Below are positions 27,231-32,000 of a stretch of 32,000 nucleotides of DNA, piece after piece. The notes below the pieces were generated by a model. That model was not told where the DNA came from, ran no database searches, and saw only the letters and a program-made list of their open reading frames with translations. The DNA lies in NCBI RefSeq assembly GCF_017876815.1, contig NZ_JAGIOS010000002.1, positions 1,590,001-1,622,000 on the forward strand. The letters run 5' to 3'. Source of the DNA: Sinorhizobium meliloti. Its GTDB lineage: Bacteria > Pseudomonadota > Alphaproteobacteria > Rhizobiales > Rhizobiaceae. Positions within the stretch are counted from its first letter, which is position 1, and the number at the start of each line of letters is the position of its first letter. The position numbers and the translations under genes are program-made.

Positions 27231-27510
27231 CATCGCCGGCGCCCGAAGGAATGCCCCCGGAATTCGCTGGAAAACTTGAAAGTCTTTCGCGCTCGGCGTC
27301 GAAATCGGTGGCTAGCGGTCATGCGCGCGAAAACGCACAATCGGGTGCTTGCGATGGCGACCCATCCGGCGAGGCCGCACGGCCTGGATCATACACCCTG
27401 AAGGTATCGGGGCGCGCGATCAAATTGCAATGGCCGGGCTCTTGGAGGAGCAACACACCCGGTCTCTGTCGTTCGGCTGCGTCGAGATGACGTCTGCCAA
27501 GGGAGGAAAA

Positions 27511-28803
27511 ATGTTTGAACGACTCTTCAAGCTTAAGGAGCACGGCACGACCGTTCGCACGGAAGTGATCGCCGGCGTCACGACGTTCCTTACGATGTCC
27601 TACATCATCTTCGTCAATCCTGACATTCTGTCGACCACGGGCATGGACCGCAACGCGATTTTCGTCGCGACCTGTCTTGCGGCCGCTCTGGGCTCCGCCG
27701 TCATGGCGCTTGTCGCCAATTGGCCGATCGGCATGGCGCCGGGCATGGGCCTCAACGCATTCTTCGCCTTCACGGTCGTGGCCGCCCTCGGCTTCACCTG
27801 GCAGCAGGCGCTCGGCGCGGTCTTCATCTCCGGCATCATCTTCCTGTTCTTGACTGTCACGGGGGTTCGAAGTTGGCTGATCGCTGGGATCCCGCATTCG
27901 CTTCGCAGCGCGATTGCGACCGGTATCGGCCTGTTCCTGGGCATCATCGCCCTGAAAAACGCCGGCATCGTCGTCGACAACCCGGCGACGCTGGTCGGCC
28001 TCGGCGATCTCAAGCAGACCGGACCGCTGCTCGCGATCCTCGGCTTCTTCGTCATCGCCGTGCTCGACGCGCTCAATGTCCGCGGATCCATCCTCATCGG
28101 CATCCTGGTGGTAACGGTTCTGTCGATGTTCCTCGGCGTATCGGAATTCCAGGGCATCGTCTCTGCGCCTCCGAGCATTGCGCCGACCTTCCTCCAGCTC
28201 GACATCATGGGCGCCCTGCATGGCGGTCTCGTCCACGTCATTCTAGTCTTCGTGCTGGTCGAGGTCTTCGACGCGACCGGCACGCTGATCGGTGTCGCCA
28301 AGCGCGCGAAACTGGTGGAAGAGGGCAAGCCCAGCCGTCTCGGGCGTGCATTGCTTGCCGACAGCTCGGCCATCGTCGCCGGCTCGCTGATGGGCACCAG
28401 CAGCACGACCGCCTATGTCGAAAGCGCCTCGGGCGTGCAGGCGGGCGGGCGCACCGGTCTAACGGCGCTGACGATCTCGGTGCTGTTCCTCGCCGCGCTC
28501 TTCATCTCGCCGCTTGCCGCCGCCGTCCCGTCCTATGCGACCGCGCCGGCACTGCTTTACGTTGCCGGTCTGATGATGCGTGAGCTCACCGAGATCGAAT
28601 GGGACGACCTGACGGAGGCGGCACCCGCGGCGCTAACCGCTATCGCCATGCCCTTCACCTATTCGATCGCCAACGGTCTCGCCTTCGGCTTCGTAAGCTA
28701 CGTGGTCCTCAAGGTCTGCACCGGCAAGTGGAACGTCATCCACCCGGCGACCCAGCTCGTCGCGGCACTGTTCATCGTCCGCTTCGCATTCTTCGCCGAG
28801 TGA
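27511..28803 (+). CDS. NCS2/AzgA-family adenine/guanine/hypoxanthine permease
   Basis: MFERLFKLKEHGTTVRTEVIAGVTTFLTMSYIIFVNPDIL is the characteristic N-terminus of AzgA/PurP/GhxP-type permeases. A GGGAGG Shine-Dalgarno lies 5-10 nt upstream of the ATG at 27511. The in-frame extension to 27349 was rejected. Confidence 0.9.
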   Translation: MFERLFKLKEHGTTVRTEVIAGVTTFLTMSYIIFVNPDILSTTGMDRNAIFVATCLAAALGSAVMALVANWPIGMAPGMGLNAFFAFTVVAALGFTWQQALGAVFISGIIFLFLTVTGVRSWLIAGIPHSLRSAIATGIGLFLGIIALKNAGIVVDNPATLVGLGDLKQTGPLLAILGFFVIAVLDALNVRGSILIGILVVTVLSMFLGVSEFQGIVSAPPSIAPTFLQLDIMGALHGGLVHVILVFVLVEVFDATGTLIGVAKRAKLVEEGKPSRLGRALLADSSAIVAGSLMGTSSTTAYVESASGVQAGGRTGLTALTISVLFLAALFISPLAAAVPSYATAPALLYVAGLMMRELTEIEWDDLTEAAPAALTAIAMPFTYSIANGLAFGFVSYVVLKVCTGKWNVIHPATQLVAALFIVRFAFFAE

Positions 28804-28810
28804 CCGAACA

Positions 28811-28850
28811 GGGTTGGGGAGGGTCGCGACCGGCGCGGCCCCTCCAACCC
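28811..28850 (+). terminator. GC-rich hairpin just after the permease stop (possible terminator, weak T-tract)
   Basis: GGGTTGGGGAGGG ... CCCCTCCAACCC are imperfect inverted arms (about 11 bp with a small bulge) starting 8 nt after the TGA. It is followed only by a short CTCTTT run. Confidence 0.4.
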
Positions 28851-28966
28851 GCCACGCTCTTTGGCAAGCCGACGAACCTCTGGCGTTCTTGCCGGCCCAA
28901 AGACATACTCCTCGACTTCGCGGCGCTTGCGGGACAGCGTTGGACTTGAGTAACCCATCGTGATAG

Positions 28967-29083
28967 GTTACTAGCGCGGTCTGGGCTGATGGCATGAAGC
29001 GGGGCGATGTGCGCCGGGCGGTGCAGATCGTCAACGAACGGCAACAGCAATTCCTCGGCAGATGGAGGGAGATTCATGGCTGA
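28967..29083 (+). pseudogene. C-terminal remnant of a DUF4160-like gene
   Basis: The frame opens after the TAG at 28964-28966 and reads ...GMKRGDVRRAVQIVNERQQQFLGRWREIHG*. This resembles the C-terminal helix of DUF4160 proteins, which normally sit directly upstream of DUF2442 genes. No N-terminal half was found. It overlaps the next ATG by 8 nt. Confidence 0.4.
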
Positions 29084-29483
29084 ACTGACGGGCACCCAGA
29101 TCGACGCAGCTTTGGAAAGCGGCCGGATAGCGCGAGAGACAGAGCCGCGTGCTGCATCTGCGCGCTATGACGAGCGAAGCGGCCGCATTGTCGTGGAGTT
29201 GATCAATGGCTGCACGTTCGCCTTTCCGCCACGCCTGGCGCAGGGACTGGAAGATGGAAGCAGCGATCAGCTCGCCGCAGTCGAGATCCTTGGGGAAGGT
29301 TATGGCCTGCATTGGGAAGCCTTGGACGTCGATCTTTCGATTCCGGGCCTTTTGGCCGGCATATTCGGCACCAAGGCTTATATGGCACGAAGGGCAGGGC
29401 AAGCGACATCGCCGGCGAAGGCAGCAGCCGCGCGTGCTAATGGTGCCAAGGGCGGGCGGCCGCGCAAAGCGGCCCGCGGCTAG
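29076..29483 (+). CDS. DUF2442-family protein with a basic GRP (AT-hook-like) C-terminal tail
   Basis: GRIVVELINGCTFAFPPRLAQGLEDGSSDQLAAVEILGEGYGLHWEALDVDLSIPGLL fits the DUF2442 pattern. The tail reads ANGAKGGRPRKAARG. A GGAGGGAG Shine-Dalgarno lies upstream of the ATG at 29076. Confidence 0.7.
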   Translation: MAELTGTQIDAALESGRIARETEPRAASARYDERSGRIVVELINGCTFAFPPRLAQGLEDGSSDQLAAVEILGEGYGLHWEALDVDLSIPGLLAGIFGTKAYMARRAGQATSPAKAAAARANGAKGGRPRKAARG

Positions 29484-29530
29484 AGCGGATGAGAAAAGTG
29501 TGCGCGGTTCTTCGCCGGAATCCCGCTCTA
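29480..29530 (-). repeat. Short rhizobial-type intergenic element (copy 2, opposite orientation) with 8-bp terminal inverted repeat
   Basis: CTAGAGCGG...GAAAAGTGTGCGCGGTTCTTCGCCGG...CCGCTCTA. TAGAGCGG at 29481-29488 pairs with CCGCTCTA at 29523-29530. Confidence 0.35.
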
Positions 29531-29576
29531 ACCTATTGGAATCGGTCGCGTTCATTCAGGTCGACCAGACCCGAAG

Positions 29577-30599
29577 TCATCGTGATCTGGGGTCAGCGAC
29601 CCGGCCGTAAATGCGCAGCCGGCTGACGCCGCCATCCGGGTAGATGTTCAGGCGCACATGCGTGACCGGATCGGCATGTCTGAGCATATCGGACCCATAC
29701 TCATGGACGCTGTCGGCCGAAAGCTTCCGGTGCGGCAGAAGCTCGTTCCAGAACATCGCGGAGGAGGCAACGAGCATGTCGCACTCGGCAGTCATGCCTC
29801 CGAGGTCAGCCGCCTGTAGCGAGCAAGCATCCGGATAGTTGCCTTTGAAATGCGCGGTATCGACGAGGATCCGTTCGACGTGCCCGCGTGCGGCAAGCTT
29901 GACGATGATCCAGTCGTAGCCCGGTTCGCGCCGCCTGCGCGTTTCCCAGCCGTCGCCCATATTCGCGCCCCGCCCTGGGGCAATGAGGCGCTCGTGGCCG
30001 TAATGGCCGTTGGAGAAGGCGACGATCCGACCGCCGAGCAGGCAGGACGCAAGATCGATCGTCTCGTTCGCCATAGCCTTGAGATCGAGTGCCGGAGTGC
30101 CGTAGACCCGAAGCCGGGCGATACCTCCATCCGGATGGATGCGCAGCCGGATATGGCTGTAGACCGCGTCGGAGTGCGCGGCGAAGAAGTGATGTGCATT
30201 CGGTCCGAGGCCGGTGACCGGCAGCAGTTGGACCCACTCGGTCGCCTCGTCCGGATCTTCTGCCGAATGACAGGCTTCTATCGAGCAGGCGCTCGGATAA
30301 TTGCCGGTGAAGTGCGACGTGTCGACGTCGAAGCCGGCAATCCGCCCTTTCGCGGCGAGCGCGATAACCGCGTAGTCGTGGCCGGCGCCGCGGCGGCGGC
30401 GGGTTTCCCAGCCGTCCATCCATTTGCCGTGATCGTCGTAAAGGCCGGGGTGGAATGCGGCCGGTTCGTCCTTTAGCATACGCTCCAGCGGGCCGAAGAA
30501 TTCGTCCGTCGCAAAGAGCGCCCGGGCGCCAAGGCCTGCGGAAGCGAGGTTGATTGTCCCGCCCGCAAAGCCGGGCAGGACTTCGCCGGCACGCGTCAT
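29577..30599 (-). CDS. alc: Allantoicase
   Basis: Two-repeat architecture, each repeat carrying GWETRRRR and TxHFxGNYP (DGWETRRRRGAGHDY / DTSHFTGNYP and DGWETRRRREPGYDW / DTAHFKGNYP). Confidence 0.9.
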   Translation of the reverse strand: MTRAGEVLPGFAGGTINLASAGLGARALFATDEFFGPLERMLKDEPAAFHPGLYDDHGKWMDGWETRRRRGAGHDYAVIALAAKGRIAGFDVDTSHFTGNYPSACSIEACHSAEDPDEATEWVQLLPVTGLGPNAHHFFAAHSDAVYSHIRLRIHPDGGIARLRVYGTPALDLKAMANETIDLASCLLGGRIVAFSNGHYGHERLIAPGRGANMGDGWETRRRREPGYDWIIVKLAARGHVERILVDTAHFKGNYPDACSLQAADLGGMTAECDMLVASSAMFWNELLPHRKLSADSVHEYGSDMLRHADPVTHVRLNIYPDGGVSRLRIYGRVADPRSR

Positions 30600-30608
30600 G
30601 GCGCCGCC

Positions 30609-32000
30609 TCAGTCCGGCAGCGTGTCGCGCAGCCGCAGGAGCGCGATCCGCTCCACCTGGCGGCACGCGGTGACGAATTCCGTCTCCCGATCGTTGCCGA
30701 TACGGTTCTCGAAGGCGGCAAGGATCTCGTCCTTGCTGCGCCCCTTGACGGCCAGGATGAAGGGGAAGCCGAACTTCTCGACATAGGCATTGTTGAGGGT
30801 CGTGAAACGCTCGCGCTCCTGATCCGTCAGTGCGTCGAGGCCCGCCGAGGCTTGTTCCGAAGTCGAGCTCTCGGTCAGGCGTTTCGCCTGGGCGAGCTTG
30901 CCGGAAAGATCGGGGTGGGCGGTGAGGACGGCAAGCCGTTCCTCTTCGCTTGCCTCGCGAAAGACCGCGCAGAGCGCCGCGTGCAGTCCCGTCGCCGTAT
31001 CGTTGGCCGGGCCGAGTTCGCCTGCAAAGGCGCGTCTGGCGATCCAGTCCGAGTGCTCGAATACCCCTCCGAAGCGATCGATGAAGGCATCCTTCGAAAG
31101 CCGCGAGGGACGGTCTTCGTTCGGCTGGAACGGATAGGTCTCTGCCCAGTAACGGGCAATGTCGATGCGGCGGGCGAGCCAGACCTTCTCGTGGCTCTGC
31201 ACATAGTCGAGGAAGCGGGCCAGTGCGGCGGCGCGGCCGGGCCGGCCGACGAGACGGCAGTGAAGGCCGATGCTCATCATCTTCGGCGCGCCGGCAGTTC
31301 CCTCGGCGTAGAGAACGTCGAAACTGTCCTTCAGATAGCTGAAGAACTGGTCGCCGCTGTTGAAGCCCTGTGGCGTTGCGAAGCGCATGTCGTTGGCGTC
31401 GAGGGTATAGGGGATGACGAGCTGGTGCCGGCCGGCATGTTCATGCCAATAGGGCAGGTCGTCCGCATAGGCGTCGGAGACGTAGTCGAAGCCGCCGGCC
31501 TCGGTCACGAGATCGAGCGTGTTCACGGAGCAGCGGCCGGTGTACCAGCCGGTCGGCCGTTCTCCGGTTACGATCGTGTGGAGGCGGATCGCCTCGGCGA
31601 TCTCGGCGCGTTCGCGCTCGGCGTCGAAATCCTTGTGCTCGATCCATTTGAGGCCGTGGGAGGCGATCTCCCAGCCGGCGTCCTGCATGGCGGCCACCTG
31701 GGCGGGCGATCGCTTGAGGGCCGTGGCGACGCCGTAGACGGTGGCCGGTATTTGCCGGTCGGTGAACAACCGGTGCAGCCGCCAGAATCCGGCGCGCGCC
31801 CCGTATTCGTAGATCGATTCCATGTTCCAGTGGCGCTGGGCGGGCCAGGCCTGAGCGCCGACGATTTCCGAGAGGAAGGCCTCGGACGCCGCGTCGCCGT
31901 GAAGCACGCAGTTCTCTCCGCCCTCCTCGTAATTGATCACGAATTGAACGGCGATCCGGGCGCCATCGGGCCAGGCGATACGCGGGTTCGGACCATGGCC
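30609..32000 (-). CDS. Fused PuuE-type allantoinase (polysaccharide deacetylase fold) / OHCU decarboxylase (UraD); the 5' end lies outside the window
   Basis: The frame stays open to the window edge (…GPNPRIAWPDGARIAVQFVINYEEGGENC…), so the GTG at 31940 is not the true start. The C-terminal ~165 aa (FIDRFGGVFEHSDWIA...LTAHPDL...FPFILAVKG) is OHCU-decarboxylase-like. Confidence 0.85.
   Translation of the reverse strand, partial: GHGPNPRIAWPDGARIAVQFVINYEEGGENCVLHGDAASEAFLSEIVGAQAWPAQRHWNMESIYEYGARAGFWRLHRLFTDRQIPATVYGVATALKRSPAQVAAMQDAGWEIASHGLKWIEHKDFDAERERAEIAEAIRLHTIVTGERPTGWYTGRCSVNTLDLVTEAGGFDYVSDAYADDLPYWHEHAGRHQLVIPYTLDANDMRFATPQGFNSGDQFFSYLKDSFDVLYAEGTAGAPKMMSIGLHCRLVGRPGRAAALARFLDYVQSHEKVWLARRIDIARYWAETYPFQPNEDRPSRLSKDAFIDRFGGVFEHSDWIARRAFAGELGPANDTATGLHAALCAVFREASEEERLAVLTAHPDLSGKLAQAKRLTESSTSEQASAGLDALTDQERERFTTLNNAYVEKFGFPFILAVKGRSKDEILAAFENRIGNDRETEFVTACRQVERIALLRLRDTLPD

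Noticed and set aside
27231-27510. Canonical guanine/adenine riboswitch upstream of the purine permease.
   Set aside because: I could not find the conserved junction sequences (the UAUAAU-type J1/2 or the CCGACUA-type J3/1 with the specificity pyrimidine). Only generic GC stems are present. It is kept as a low-interest structured-leader finding instead.
28698-28958. 86-aa minus-strand ORF (MGYSSPTLSRKRREVEEYVFG...) downstream of the permease. I considered it as a possible mobile-element or antitoxin remnant.
   Set aside because: More than a third of it overlaps the 3' end of the permease gene. The remainder matches no family I recognise. There are no flanking inverted repeats or a transposase.
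1-32000. Scan for CRISPR arrays, tRNA/rRNA genes, IS elements, integrases, phage genes or recognisable defence-system genes.
   Set aside because: I found no regularly spaced direct repeats, no cloverleaf-like or rRNA-like segments, and no transposase, integrase, nuclease or defence hallmark motifs in any frame I read.

Overview
High-GC, densely coding alphaproteobacterial DNA. It looks Rhizobiaceae-like (Sinorhizobium/Ensifer/Rhizobium style) from protein content and short CTCTAG-type intergenic elements. I found no rRNA, tRNA, CRISPR array, transposase or integrase. I support about 27 protein genes. The many long antisense ORFs in the track look like GC-driven shadow ORFs. Layout: (1) 172-2498, a class III nucleotidyl cyclase translationally coupled (ATGA) to a secreted polysaccharide-lyase-like protein. 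(2) 2807-8769, a peptide/nickel-type (Dpp/Opp/Yej-like) ABC importer ordered fused double ATPase, large family-5 binding protein, then two permeases. (3) 8849-17534, the most interesting part: two paralogous GT-B glycosyltransferases (GLGH/GIGH N-terminal motif) bracketing a GT4 glycosyltransferase, an opposite-strand SAM-methyltransferase-like gene, a 900+ aa fused TMD-NBD ABC exporter, a stand-alone 154-aa cyclic-nucleotide-binding protein and an FkbM-family methyltransferase. In the exporter, every catalytic ATPase residue I can read is substituted, and the NBD carries a roughly 300-aa insertion. (4) 17682-25192, a LacI-family regulator translationally coupled to a PotD-type ABC importer, a nucleoside hydrolase and adenine deaminase. 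(5) 25199-28803, an M20D amidohydrolase (minus strand), a phosphoribosyltransferase and an AzgA/NCS2 purine permease. (6) 28949-29483, a decayed DUF4160 / intact DUF2442 pair. (7) 29577-32000 (minus strand), allantoicase and a fused PuuE allantoinase/OHCU decarboxylase that runs off the window. All functional calls come from motif reading by eye. No database search was run.
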